A stretch of 64,000 nt of DNA from the NCBI GenBank assembly GCA_051893995.1, contig JBJFHX010000161.1:21580-85579 (forward strand), written 5' to 3'. The translations under genes were made by a program, and so were the position numbers. Positions within the stretch are counted from its first letter, which is position 1; every line of letters begins with the position of its first letter. The stretch comes from Ruminococcus sp. GTDB lineage: Bacteria; Bacillota; Clostridia; Oscillospirales; Acutalibacteraceae. The notes beneath the pieces are model-generated. The model was not told where the DNA came from and searched no databases. It saw only the letters and a program-made list of their open reading frames with translations. This document shows, piece by piece, positions 10,801 through 19,912 of this stretch.

Positions 10801-12461
10801 TCCTTTATGAAAAGCTCAACAGTTTTCACGGAAACTTTGTCGGGTTGAGCAGTAAGTGAAAATCTCAAGTCGCTTACTCCGTCAAAGGAGTCGGGAGTGT
10901 TGTCGGTAAGTACGGGCGGATTTTCCGGTTTAACTGTTTTTGCTGTCATATCGGGTTTTTCGTCTTCCGTCACCGATCCCGGTGTGGGTTCAGAAGCATT
11001 TGAAACCATATTCATCTCGCCTGAATAAACATCAAGCTTATATTTAATTGACTTATCTGCTGTTGTATCGTCAGCACCGCCCTTGTTGTAAAGGACATAG
11101 TTCAGCTCGTCCTTTACATTTGAGGTAATCTTAACGCCTCTTGCACCGCTGTTAGCCATACCTCCGCTGTAAATTTCAACAAGGCTTTCATTCATCACAA
11201 GATTTGTATTGAATTTTGCGTTGAAATCATCAACTGTCAGACTGTTGTTCTTTCCGTTTTTAATCCAGAATACAAGAGTATTGCCTGCGGGAATAACGAC
11301 CTCTGCCGGAGTGCTTTCCCAGAGTGCGTCGGTTGCGCTGTCGGGATAGTTGTAATATATTTTGTAGTCGCTGAAATCTATATCCTCATCACTGTTATTA
11401 TAGATTTCAATAAACTCATAAGCGTCCGAGCCGTTGATATTACTGCTATCCGGAAGAATCTCGGTAACAACAAGAGGTGAGATGTTATTCTCAAGCTCAC
11501 CCTCTGCAAAAACCGTTACGTCCTTTTTGTCGGTAGTATAGGTTGTAACGCCGTCATATACACTTGCATAGCAGGAAAAGCTTTTGAGATTTGCAAGCTC
11601 GCTGTAGTAAATTTCAGCATTAATCCCGCTTTCCGTTTTTGCAAACGGATATGACTTTTCACCGTTTTCAAAAGCAATAACAAGCTCTGCTTTAAGTGCT
11701 CTGTTACTGCCCGAAACAATCAGTGAGGGTTTAAAGCTTTCCCCGAAAAGCACCTTGTCTGTGCAATTGAGTTCAGCCGATAAATCCGAAGGATTGGTAA
11801 AGGAAAACATTTCGTAAGGCTTTTGATTATCCTCAACAACCGATGGATTTGCGTCCGTTTCATAACCTAGCCGTGTTTCATTTACATTGCCGTTTTCGTA
11901 AGCAAAAGTAATTCCCTTATTAAGCTTTACCTTTTTTACATCGCCGTCATTGTATTCGATGTGGCAGAGCACTTCTCCGAGCGGTGTGCGGATTTCAAGA
12001 CTTCTTGCCTTTGAATTGTGAAGTCCTCCGCAATGAATTGTTCCGAGGTTTTCACCAATTACAAGGTCTGTGCCGTAATAGGAGTTAAAATCCGCTTGTG
12101 TAAGCTCGTTGTTCGAGCCGTTGAGTACCCACAAAACGATACTGCCACCTGCACAAACGGTCAGGTCGCTCTGGTCGGGAGTCCAGAGAGTATCGCTGTT
12201 GGTGTAGGAATAGTGAATTTCATAATCACTTAACTTAATGTCAGAATTGCTTGAATTGAAAATTTCAAGGTATTCGTATGCGTCAGCTCCGCTTACATTG
12301 TCGGTGTCGGGTACAATCTCCGTAAAAATAAGAGGGGTACCGTTTACGCTGTCGGTATCAGCCGCATAAACTGCACTTGTTGCCGCACCTGATAATGAAA
12401 TGGTTATAGCCATTACAGAGGCGATGATTTTTGAACTGATTTTACTGTGTGCTTTCTTCAT
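7893..12461 (-). CDS. Secreted calcineurin-like metallophosphoesterase with two lamin-tail-like domains, Ig domains and dockerin
   Basis: Signal peptide from MKKAHSK (ATG 12461, AAGGA RBS); two TEIxPD..DAYExxEI domains; SDTQYY, GDIID, GNHD, FHEY, SGHYH metallophosphoesterase motifs; dockerin GDVNRDGVVNVADAT. Confidence 0.85.
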   Translation of the reverse strand: MKKAHSKISSKIIASVMAITISLSGAATSAVYAADTDSVNGTPLIFTEIVPDTDNVSGADAYEYLEIFNSSNSDIKLSDYEIHYSYTNSDTLWTPDQSDLTVCAGGSIVLWVLNGSNNELTQADFNSYYGTDLVIGENLGTIHCGGLHNSKARSLEIRTPLGEVLCHIEYNDGDVKKVKLNKGITFAYENGNVNETRLGYETDANPSVVEDNQKPYEMFSFTNPSDLSAELNCTDKVLFGESFKPSLIVSGSNRALKAELVIAFENGEKSYPFAKTESGINAEIYYSELANLKSFSCYASVYDGVTTYTTDKKDVTVFAEGELENNISPLVVTEILPDSSNINGSDAYEFIEIYNNSDEDIDFSDYKIYYNYPDSATDALWESTPAEVVIPAGNTLVFWIKNGKNNSLTVDDFNAKFNTNLVMNESLVEIYSGGMANSGARGVKITSNVKDELNYVLYNKGGADDTTADKSIKYKLDVYSGEMNMVSNASEPTPGSVTEDEKPDMTAKTVKPENPPVLTDNTPDSFDGVSDLRFSLTAQPDKVSVKTVELFIKDNTMQDFEKYNLLRENGDEFGKDVLSVDLTGKKSYTYYFTVSDGENRVSTEEKTLLSTNLSEENLTLNLAENQQISGNTLVIGSSENGSEIKLSIDGNDVTEMTKPSLSKDAMFVFEVSQTDTFFKNAVAIGSDVIGIFDDGTYDSWQTIAYPISTSCFTKGEPITISIHAGNKANPLEHNEENNDDFVVKNIRLILPNGLTLRTEKYSSPDTEIKMGDSTGKIEILDAEFTAPDSAYTGISYSWNTAETNDDQHTVTISDGSETKTVNVNVDNTRPEITTNIEPNQYKGNNEITASAVDNGSGISEFTAMLDGEKINLPYSFSSTTLLDGEHTLVLTATDIVGNKAEKTVVFTTPKENPEKAVNLSDNGTENPTLTATVNDPTNDIMTVVFKKGDTFSTVNGEISVKSGVSDASGKEPESYNSETTVTTLNGYPTLTYELETNGVSKTDDVIGVSWNGTTDENAKISLYAQNADGSWDKITSVKADENGNVTISSEFDGEKYLNNGKLRLMVQNGEGYTPTSYESGTPANPTDNKEIKTENAEDLDRNLYDFTFAVESDTQYYNENLTDIYRHQVNIHDWIIANRPRMNIQYLFHNGDIIDDFDQLYEWENADAAYKKLDDANLPYGVLAGNHDVSHKDEDYSNYCTYFGESRYSSNPWYGGSYKDNKGHYDLISSGGIDFIMVYMGWGIYDEEIKWMNDVLAQYPERKAILNFHEYLLTTKGFGEQPQRIYDEVVAKNPNVCMVLSGHYHSAATRVDQFDDNGDGVNDRSVYQMLFDYQSLAEGGRGFMRLMHFSLENQKITVKTYSPSENSYHSGAMDDSLECFEIPFAELGIESKQKTLSSDSLSVNLYHSDVISEINGVESGSTVNAVWNRTDEETGGWYVEASDDFGGISRSEIAYLSQPAIKGDVNRDGVVNVADATEIQKYLVELVELSESQKNSADVNSDGVISIFDATEIQKIAAEVKC

Positions 12462-12540
12462 AAAATTATCCTTTCTTATTTTATTAACTTCTTTATAAAA
12501 CACTATTGTAAAATCAGATTCTCAATTTTTATCTTATTTA

Positions 12541-12577
12541 TGTAAATTAATGTTTATTTTGTGTTATCTTATGTAGT
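12541..12577 (-). promoter_or_regulatory. Possible Pho-box-like (PhoP-type) repeats upstream of the phosphatase gene
   Basis: On the minus strand ACTACA/ATAACA/TAAACA/TTTACA recur with 10-11 bp period, upstream of a TACAAT -10 (12505-12510). The AT-rich context weakens this. Confidence 0.35.
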
Positions 12578-12583
12578 TGACTA

Positions 12584-14086
12584 TTATTCCTTTTTATAGA
12601 GATAATATGTTCTTTTTCCTCCTTTGTAGTCAGATGTTGCTGATGAAACAAGGCTGTAATTTTCAAATTGATATTTCTTTCCCCTTGCAACAACATAATC
12701 GGTTCTGCCCGAGCTTACGTACTCGTCCTGTGCAATTTTTATGTCGTCAAGGGGAAGATTCAGATTGCAGAAGTATTTACAGTTCGGCACAATGTTGCAA
12801 ACGGTGTAAAAGCCGTTGTCAAGCGTTCCGTAATTGAGCAGTGTTGGATTCTGCGTTTCATTTATTATGTTTTTAAACTTATACTGTGCAAGCTCCTCTT
12901 TCGGCACAAGCATTGATTTTACATTCGGGCATATCAGAAGTGATAATGATGTTGACAATATCAATGAAAAGACGGCAGAAATTATAAATGCTCCTTTCCT
13001 CTTTTTGTTTAAGAAAGTTTCTGCCTTTTGAGTGGCAAAAATAAATCCGTGCAACGAAAAAATGCAAAGCGGCAGTGCGTAATAATCATAATGTCTGCCT
13101 CCTCCGAAAATAAACAGAGCGGTAAAGACTGTCAGCACAAGATAGTTTGCAAGCATTTTTCTGCCGTCCTTTAAAAGCTCATAAATAAATCCGCACAAAA
13201 CAAGTATTGCAGGCAAAATATTTTTCTTAACCGCATAAAACACACCTTTGGCTGTATTTAGGAAAACTCCGTATATTTTTGCTAAAAACGATTCGCCTTG
13301 CGAGCCGTCGGAATACAGAAACATATTGTCATAAAAATACACACGAAACAAATCTTGCATTGCTCCGTTAACTGCAAAATAAATCAGCACTGGCAAACTT
13401 ACAGCCGCAACGCCGAGCACAACAAAACCGACGCATTTTAAGAGATATTTCCACTCCCTGTTCCTTAATATCATAATCAGCGGAACAATTACAAAGCCGA
13501 TAAAGAAACCGAGCATTGTGTACTTTATCCACAGCACACATCCCGAAATAATTCCGATACAGAACAGTTGTTTTACCGAGAATGCCTTTTTCTGTTTGAG
13601 TGATTTAAGTGAAAGGTACAGTCCGCACATAAGAAACGGCAGGCAAAATTCCTCGGCACTGTCGCCCTGACAAAAGGCGTGAGAGGAATAAATTACAGCC
13701 GAAAATAATGGAGCAAATATAAATGCACTTTTCTTGCAGTCATAGAGAAACAGAATTTTAAATGCAAAGATCATTACCGCTGTTGCACTTATCACTTCAA
13801 AAACAAATACGCCGAAGAAAGTATCGTTTGAAATCAGATAAGCCAAAGCGTGAATTACATACAAGAGCAGACCTTTCTGCTCAAAAATATCACGGTATAC
13901 AACCATTCCACTCGTCATTGATTTTCCAACCGTAAAAAAGCAGTTTGCATCAACCCAGTCATTAAGCGGATAGAGAAACGACGATTTCGAACAAATTGAT
14001 ATTAATAAAAATGATGTCAATAACGAAGTGATAAAAATCCAAAAGTATTTTTTGTTTAATGCGTTAATTGTTATTTTCATTTGCAT
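12584..14086 (-). CDS. GT-C-fold integral membrane glycosyltransferase (GT39/PMT-like)
   Basis: About 11-12 hydrophobic segments; first-loop acidic motif WVDANCF, YRDIFEQKG, EEFCLPF, WIKY. Confidence 0.75.
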   Translation of the reverse strand: MQMKITINALNKKYFWIFITSLLTSFLLISICSKSSFLYPLNDWVDANCFFTVGKSMTSGMVVYRDIFEQKGLLLYVIHALAYLISNDTFFGVFVFEVISATAVMIFAFKILFLYDCKKSAFIFAPLFSAVIYSSHAFCQGDSAEEFCLPFLMCGLYLSLKSLKQKKAFSVKQLFCIGIISGCVLWIKYTMLGFFIGFVIVPLIMILRNREWKYLLKCVGFVVLGVAAVSLPVLIYFAVNGAMQDLFRVYFYDNMFLYSDGSQGESFLAKIYGVFLNTAKGVFYAVKKNILPAILVLCGFIYELLKDGRKMLANYLVLTVFTALFIFGGGRHYDYYALPLCIFSLHGFIFATQKAETFLNKKRKGAFIISAVFSLILSTSLSLLICPNVKSMLVPKEELAQYKFKNIINETQNPTLLNYGTLDNGFYTVCNIVPNCKYFCNLNLPLDDIKIAQDEYVSSGRTDYVVARGKKYQFENYSLVSSATSDYKGGKRTYYLYKKE

Positions 14087-14343
14087 TCCTCCCGTTTGTC
14101 TTTGATAATTCTATCACACTCGTCAAACGACTACGGAAAGAGTGATTGCAAAATTTCTCGTAACGAAAACGAAAATTTACATACTTTTTATAAAGGCAAA
14201 ATAAATGGTTAATATTTTGCATTATTCCGATTTAAATAAACCGAAATTTCTCCCGAAACTGTAAAAATTATTAAGGTTTTATCAGCTTTTCTGACTCTTT
14301 TGTAAGGCCTTGTATTTTTGTCGTAAATTGTTAATCAAGTTTA

Positions 14344-14372
14344 TTGACCGCATAGTTTTTTGAGAATATAAT
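14344..14372 (+). promoter_or_regulatory. Sigma-A promoter of the glycan operon
   Basis: TTGACC-17 bp-TATAAT, followed by GGAGAG RBS and ATG 14403. Confidence 0.75.
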
Positions 14373-14402
14373 GCTTACTGAATTAATAATTTGGAGAGAA
14401 AT

Positions 14403-16115
14403 ATGGTTGAGAAATTACCTCTTGATTTTGTGAGAAAAATCTACAATATGCTTACAAACGGAAACGACGACGTGAATTTCTATTGTATGTGTATTCAGAA
14501 TCAAGACCGTGAAGCGGCTACAAACAGCCCGATAAAATTTGCTCTTAATCTTATAAAAATCAATATTCTTTGCAGACTTCCGTTTTCAAAGCGCAGGCTG
14601 TTTTCGGAGGAAATCGGCAAGGCTTATCTTTCGGGAATTTTCGTCCGTCCTGCAATATGCGAGCTTGCCTCGGGAATGCTTGACAACTCCCGACTGATTA
14701 TCGATATATTCGGCAGTGCCGTTACCACAATAAAAAACAGAAACGACATTTTTAAGGATATTGAAAAAGAAATCGGAGTAAAAGGCTTTGCCGATTTAAG
14801 AAAGCAGTACGACAACAGCAAGCTGCCGATTCAGCAGATTTACAAAAAAATCAGCGCAAAGCTTAGAACGGTTATCGATTACAAAATTGAGCTTTCGGCA
14901 ATGGAAAAGCATTACGTTGCTAACAAATATGCCGTCAGACTGCTTGACATTGCAGCCTGCAACAACGTATTTATTACCGCAATTGTACGTCTGGGATACC
15001 CGAGAGAATTTATCGAAAAAATCTTAAAAAAATATAAAATCAGCGTTGATAAGCTTATTATCTCTACCGAGTGGGAAACGTACTTTAAAAACGAAGCTCC
15101 TGTCAATCCCGAATTTACGGGTGTTTTCAGCAGCGACTACAAGGGGTTTATAAAAAAGTTTATGAAGTACGGCTGTAAGCCTATTTACTACCGAAGTCCT
15201 CAGGCACTTATGGAGCGTACCGTTCACCCGAAATTAAGCGACAATTTCAGAAACGTTTACGACGGAATCTGCGGACTTAACCTTTTCAGCGGAATTAAAA
15301 GAATGAGCAGAAAGTATGAACTGTCTTTCCTCTGTATTGCTCCTGCGGTTACAGGATTTGCGCAAAGGGTTTTGCAAAAAGCAGAAAATGGCGAGTATGT
15401 AATCTGTCTTTGCGACGAAAGCTCATTCTTTGCAAGGCTGATTAAGCGGCTTTGCAAAAGCACCGAAAACATCGTGTTTTTCCCTTGGTCACCACTCGCG
15501 GCAAATAAATACAAGTCGGCATTGGAATGGAAAGAAATTATTGAAGAAACTCCGATTTTCGACGACGCATATTCAGGTGTGTTTGACAGCGTTCTGCGCT
15601 ATCCTGTATCTGCACTCAAAAAGCCTCCCGACACGCTTACACTATCGGGAATTATGGCTACTGCGTGGACTGATAAGTCAAGTGACGGTGCGAACAACGC
15701 AATAAGCAAGGTAATCGGAAAGCATAAAAGAATTGTAATAGCAGACCCTGTTCCCGGCATCTGTGCAACGTCACAGCTTTGCCGTATTTTAGAAAGCATA
15801 AAACCCGAAACAACATATACCTGCATAACTATGAGCAATATGCTCGGGCAAAAAAGCAGTGATATAAAGCCGCTGGCAAGGATAATAATGGGCAATACGC
15901 CGTTGCTTTGTCAGATTGGAGCTGACGGCAAAAGGTGGATTTATCCCAAGAAAATTGACAGTGAAAAGCTTGATGAAATTCACCGTGCAATTCTTGATTT
16001 TTCGCTGAACTTTTTCAGGTACACAAAAGGCACCTCAGCCGAGCTGACAATTTCGGGCGACGACGCATCTGCACTGTATATGCAGGGGTTATCCGAAATA
16101 CGCAATATGATTTAA
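14403..16115 (+). CDS. Degenerate HAD/phosphoribosyltransferase-fold protein, paralogue of 19912..21990
   Basis: Collinear similarity to the 692-aa protein (RP..LASGML..IIDIFG vs RP..MAKNFL..ISFDVFD; YE.SF vs YEYGY; IVIAD vs CIVD), but the catalytic motifs are lost. Confidence 0.55.
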   Translation: MVEKLPLDFVRKIYNMLTNGNDDVNFYCMCIQNQDREAATNSPIKFALNLIKINILCRLPFSKRRLFSEEIGKAYLSGIFVRPAICELASGMLDNSRLIIDIFGSAVTTIKNRNDIFKDIEKEIGVKGFADLRKQYDNSKLPIQQIYKKISAKLRTVIDYKIELSAMEKHYVANKYAVRLLDIAACNNVFITAIVRLGYPREFIEKILKKYKISVDKLIISTEWETYFKNEAPVNPEFTGVFSSDYKGFIKKFMKYGCKPIYYRSPQALMERTVHPKLSDNFRNVYDGICGLNLFSGIKRMSRKYELSFLCIAPAVTGFAQRVLQKAENGEYVICLCDESSFFARLIKRLCKSTENIVFFPWSPLAANKYKSALEWKEIIEETPIFDDAYSGVFDSVLRYPVSALKKPPDTLTLSGIMATAWTDKSSDGANNAISKVIGKHKRIVIADPVPGICATSQLCRILESIKPETTYTCITMSNMLGQKSSDIKPLARIIMGNTPLLCQIGADGKRWIYPKKIDSEKLDEIHRAILDFSLNFFRYTKGTSAELTISGDDASALYMQGLSEIRNMI

Positions 16116-16120
16116 CGGGA

Positions 16121-17641
16121 GTGAATATTTTGGTACTTTACCACGCTTCAACAATGTATCATCTGCTTTACTGCATTGTTCATAAGCTGTGCTTTAACAG
16201 CGATAAGGATTGCGAGCTGTTGCTTGTTGAGTACATAAAGCCGCTCAAGGAGCGAAACACCTTTCTTGAAAAGCTGAAAGCATACGGATTTTTCAACAAA
16301 ATACGCTATGTTCCCGAACAACAGTTCAAGCTGAAAAAGGGGATTGCACTTGACGAAAACAGCAGTGAAAAGGAAATAAAAACCGTAATAAACAATATCT
16401 CGTCTGCCTTTGAAAACTGGTTTGGCGGCGATATGAAAAAGTACAGCGAAATCTACGTTGCATCAGACCAGCATTCCTGCGGAATATATCTGATAAACAA
16501 CAAAATCAGCTACACATATATGGAGGACGCAAGCGGAATGCTTTCGGAGCAAAACCGCTATCTTTCCATTACAAAGAGTAACAACCGAACAAATTATATA
16601 ATCAACGAGTATCTCGGCTGTGCAGGCAGAAACGAATATGTCAAAGCAAAGCTGTGCGACCTCAGACATCAGCAAAAGGGATTTCACGACGAGAAGGCGG
16701 TTGATTTTTCAATCTATTGCGCTCTGAAAAACATCATTCCCGACAAGGTTCCCGTACTTCTTGAATTTTTCGGGAACATCAGAACGGTTATCAGGAGCAG
16801 TAAAAAAATCTGTCTTTTTCTCACGCAGGATTTGAACACTCTGAAAATTAAAGACCTTGACTTGCAGGAGCTGACGACTACAACGCTTGTCGATTACTTC
16901 TGCCCCGACTGCAAGCTGATTATCAAGCCTCACCCCAAGGACAGATGGCAAAACTACAAAAGGATTTTCCCGAACGCTGTGATACTTGAAAAGAGCGTTC
17001 CGTCCGAGCTTTTGCCCTTTGCAATCGACGGTGAAATTGACACAGTGCTGACTGCAAGCTCAACCTCTATAAGGGGCGTTTCGGTATTTGCCAAAAAGGC
17101 GTATTCCTTTACAACCGAAATTGAAACGCACCGTGAACGCATTGATTCTATGTTTGCATTCACCGAGGTTTTAAAGCAAATCGGGATAAATGAAAAAGTG
17201 GCTGTCTGCAACATAAACAAAGAACAGGTGCATAACTTTCTTGACAACGCAGGCATAAAGGCAAACGGAAACGATATTATTGTTGACGGAGGAATAAATA
17301 AAACGGACAATGCCTACCTTGAAAGCTGTCGTATGCTGTTCTGTCTAAACCTAGGCAATAATCTTAACTACGGCAGAGATTACAATTGCAGAGATAAATT
17401 TGTAATCAAGGCAAAATTCATACCCGAAAGCGACAGCCTTTGTGAAGAATCGGAGCACCTTATTTTTGCATACAGCAACGACACTTTGCTGAGTAAAAAA
17501 TTAAGTGAAATTAGTATCACAAGAAAGCTTTACCACTCCAAAGCAGAGGTTGAAATAAATTGTGAAAAAATCACATCGGAGCTTGACGAAAAATTCAGAG
17601 CCGAGCTACTTGGAGAATCTGAACAGGAGGGAATTTTATGA
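16121..17641 (+). CDS. CMP-ulosonate (sialyltransferase-like, GT52/GT38-type) glycosyltransferase
   Basis: TMYH N-terminus; bacterial sialyltransferase motifs YMEDA, KPHP, PSELL, SSTS. Confidence 0.75.
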   Translation: MNILVLYHASTMYHLLYCIVHKLCFNSDKDCELLLVEYIKPLKERNTFLEKLKAYGFFNKIRYVPEQQFKLKKGIALDENSSEKEIKTVINNISSAFENWFGGDMKKYSEIYVASDQHSCGIYLINNKISYTYMEDASGMLSEQNRYLSITKSNNRTNYIINEYLGCAGRNEYVKAKLCDLRHQQKGFHDEKAVDFSIYCALKNIIPDKVPVLLEFFGNIRTVIRSSKKICLFLTQDLNTLKIKDLDLQELTTTTLVDYFCPDCKLIIKPHPKDRWQNYKRIFPNAVILEKSVPSELLPFAIDGEIDTVLTASSTSIRGVSVFAKKAYSFTTEIETHRERIDSMFAFTEVLKQIGINEKVAVCNINKEQVHNFLDNAGIKANGNDIIVDGGINKTDNAYLESCRMLFCLNLGNNLNYGRDYNCRDKFVIKAKFIPESDSLCEESEHLIFAYSNDTLLSKKLSEISITRKLYHSKAEVEINCEKITSELDEKFRAELLGESEQEGIL

Positions 17642-18309
17642 GTAAAAAAACAGTAGCTTTTGTTCCGCTGAAGCTCAACAACGAGCGTCTGCCGGGCAAA
17701 AATACAAAGCCGTTCAAGGGCGGAAAGCCACTTCTTACCTACATTCTGTCAACGCTTACGAAGGTAAACGGCATTGACGAGTCATACGTATATTGCAGTA
17801 ACGAGGAAGTGAAAAAATATCTGCCCGAGGGCATAAAATTTTTAAAGCGCAGTGAAAGCCTTGATACCGGCTCAACGCTGATTATTGACGTACTGAAAGC
17901 ATTTGCAAAGGACGTTGACGCAGACGTGTATGTTCTCACCCACGCCACGGCACCCTTTATCAGACCGTCAACAATTGAAACGGCTATTCAGAAAGTAAAA
18001 TCAAAAGAATACGATTCTGCCTTTACGGTAAGAACCGTTCAGGAATTTTTGTGGATTGACGGTCAGGCAATTTATGACACCGCAAGGATTCCCAGAACGC
18101 AGGACATTAACAACGTCTTTGCCGAAACAACGGGACTTTACGTGTACACAAAGGAGCTTATACAAAACGGCAGAAGAATAGGCTGTAATCCCTGCGGAAT
18201 TCCTGTTGACTTTATTGAGGCAACGGACATCAATCAACCGATTGACTTTGAGCTTGCACAGGTGATATTTGACAACTACATTAAAAACGAAAGTGAAAAC
18301 AATGAGTAA
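17638..18309 (+). CDS. Acylneuraminate/ulosonate cytidylyltransferase (CMP-sugar synthetase)
   Basis: VPLKLNNERLPGKNTK, HATAPF, PRTQD, DINQPIDF motifs of the NeuA/KdsB family. Confidence 0.85.
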   Translation: MSKKTVAFVPLKLNNERLPGKNTKPFKGGKPLLTYILSTLTKVNGIDESYVYCSNEEVKKYLPEGIKFLKRSESLDTGSTLIIDVLKAFAKDVDADVYVLTHATAPFIRPSTIETAIQKVKSKEYDSAFTVRTVQEFLWIDGQAIYDTARIPRTQDINNVFAETTGLYVYTKELIQNGRRIGCNPCGIPVDFIEATDINQPIDFELAQVIFDNYIKNESENNE

Positions 18310-19912
18310 AATTAAAATTCTTGACTGTACGCTGCGTGACGGTGGCTACATAAACGACTGGAAATTCGGCAAAAAAGCAATTCAGAATATTCTCTTTAAC
18401 CTTTCAAAGGCAAACACCGACATTGTAGAGTGCGGTTTTCTTACCAACAAGCCCTATGATTCCGACTGCTCACTTTTTAACTGCGTTGAAACAATTGATG
18501 CACTTCTTGAAGAAAGCAAAAACAGCGACACTATGTACGTTGCAATGATTGCCCTCGGCGAAAAGGAAATTAACCCGAGGCTTATTTCCGACTCATCAAA
18601 CAGCTATGTTGCCGGAATACGCCTTACCTTCCACCCCGATGAAATCGACAAGGCGTTTGAGTACGCCGAAATAATAAAGGATAAAGGCTACAGGCTTTTT
18701 ATGCAGCCTGTCGGAACAACCAACTACACCGACAAGCAGTTCCTTGATTTGCTTGAACGCATAAACACACTTATGCCCTATGCGTTCTACATTGTGGACA
18801 CGCTCGGTATGATGTATAAGAAGGACTTGATTCGTCAGGTTTTTCTTGTTGACAACAACCTTGACGCTGATATAAAGCTCGGCTACCATTCGCACAACAA
18901 TTTTCAGCTTGCCTTTTCAAATGCGCAGGCGCTTGCAGAGTACAACACAGAGCGTGAAATCATAATTGACTGTAGTGCAAACGGTATGGGACGAGGTGCA
19001 GGCAACCTATGCTCCGAGCTGTTTATGAATTATCTCAACAAAGAATACTCGGCTCACTATGATGTTCTGCCTGTTCTTGAAATCGTCGACCAGTACCTTG
19101 TGCCGATTTCGCTTTCAAATCCCTGGGGATATAACTCGGCTTATTTTCTGTCGGCGGCAAACAACTGTCACCCGAATTACGCAACATATCTGATGACAAA
19201 GCACTCGCTTTCAATGTCGTCAATCGGCAATATTCTTCAGCAGTTACCGAAGGAGCAAAAGCGTTTTTTCAACAAACAGCTTATTGAGCGCATCTACCAG
19301 AACTACCAAAGCAACGCCGTAAACGACATTGAAACAATCACAAAGCTCCGCAAGAAATTTGACGGTAAGGACATTCTTGTAATTGCACCCGGAGAAAGTG
19401 TTAAATCCAAAAAGGATACTATACTAAAATATATTTCAAAGAAAAAACCGTTTGTAATTTCGGTAAACTTCATTCCCGATTTTGTTAACCCCGATATGGT
19501 GTTTGTCGGCAATGCAAGAAGGTATGAAGAGCTTTGTGACAAGCTCGACATCAAAAAATCAATTTTCACCTCAAACATTCCGAAACTGCCGAAAAAAGCG
19601 ATAAAGGTCAACTACTCCGAGCTTATCAGCGCATCAAACGACGCATCAGACAGCTCGGGAATAATGATTCTGAAATTGCTGAAAAAGACCTCTGTAAAAA
19701 GCGCTGCACTTGCAGGCTACGACGGTTTTTCAAAAAATCCGCTCGGCAACTACTTTAACAATGACTACTGCGGAATTTACGAGCCTGTTCTGTTGCAGGA
19801 GAAAACGCTTGCAATCAGCAAAGAGCTTGAAAGCCTTTCAAAGAAAATGAAGATAAAGTTTGTCACTCCGTCAATTTACAACAAGGGAAAAAGGAGCAAA
19901 AAGAAATCCTGA
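18302..19912 (+). CDS. HMGL-like (DRE-TIM) pyruvate aldolase fused to a C-terminal Maf/DUF115-like Rossmann domain
   Basis: LDCTLRDGGY, HSHNN, GMGRGAGN motifs; C-terminal ILVIAPGES...DSSG...LAGYDG. Confidence 0.8.
   Translation: MSKIKILDCTLRDGGYINDWKFGKKAIQNILFNLSKANTDIVECGFLTNKPYDSDCSLFNCVETIDALLEESKNSDTMYVAMIALGEKEINPRLISDSSNSYVAGIRLTFHPDEIDKAFEYAEIIKDKGYRLFMQPVGTTNYTDKQFLDLLERINTLMPYAFYIVDTLGMMYKKDLIRQVFLVDNNLDADIKLGYHSHNNFQLAFSNAQALAEYNTEREIIIDCSANGMGRGAGNLCSELFMNYLNKEYSAHYDVLPVLEIVDQYLVPISLSNPWGYNSAYFLSAANNCHPNYATYLMTKHSLSMSSIGNILQQLPKEQKRFFNKQLIERIYQNYQSNAVNDIETITKLRKKFDGKDILVIAPGESVKSKKDTILKYISKKKPFVISVNFIPDFVNPDMVFVGNARRYEELCDKLDIKKSIFTSNIPKLPKKAIKVNYSELISASNDASDSSGIMILKLLKKTSVKSAALAGYDGFSKNPLGNYFNNDYCGIYEPVLLQEKTLAISKELESLSKKMKIKFVTPSIYNKGKRSKKKS

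Noticed and set aside
17638-18309. Assigning a canonical sialic-acid (neuABC) pathway
   Set aside because: No NeuB or NeuC homologue in the window; the sugar identity cannot be read from sequence.
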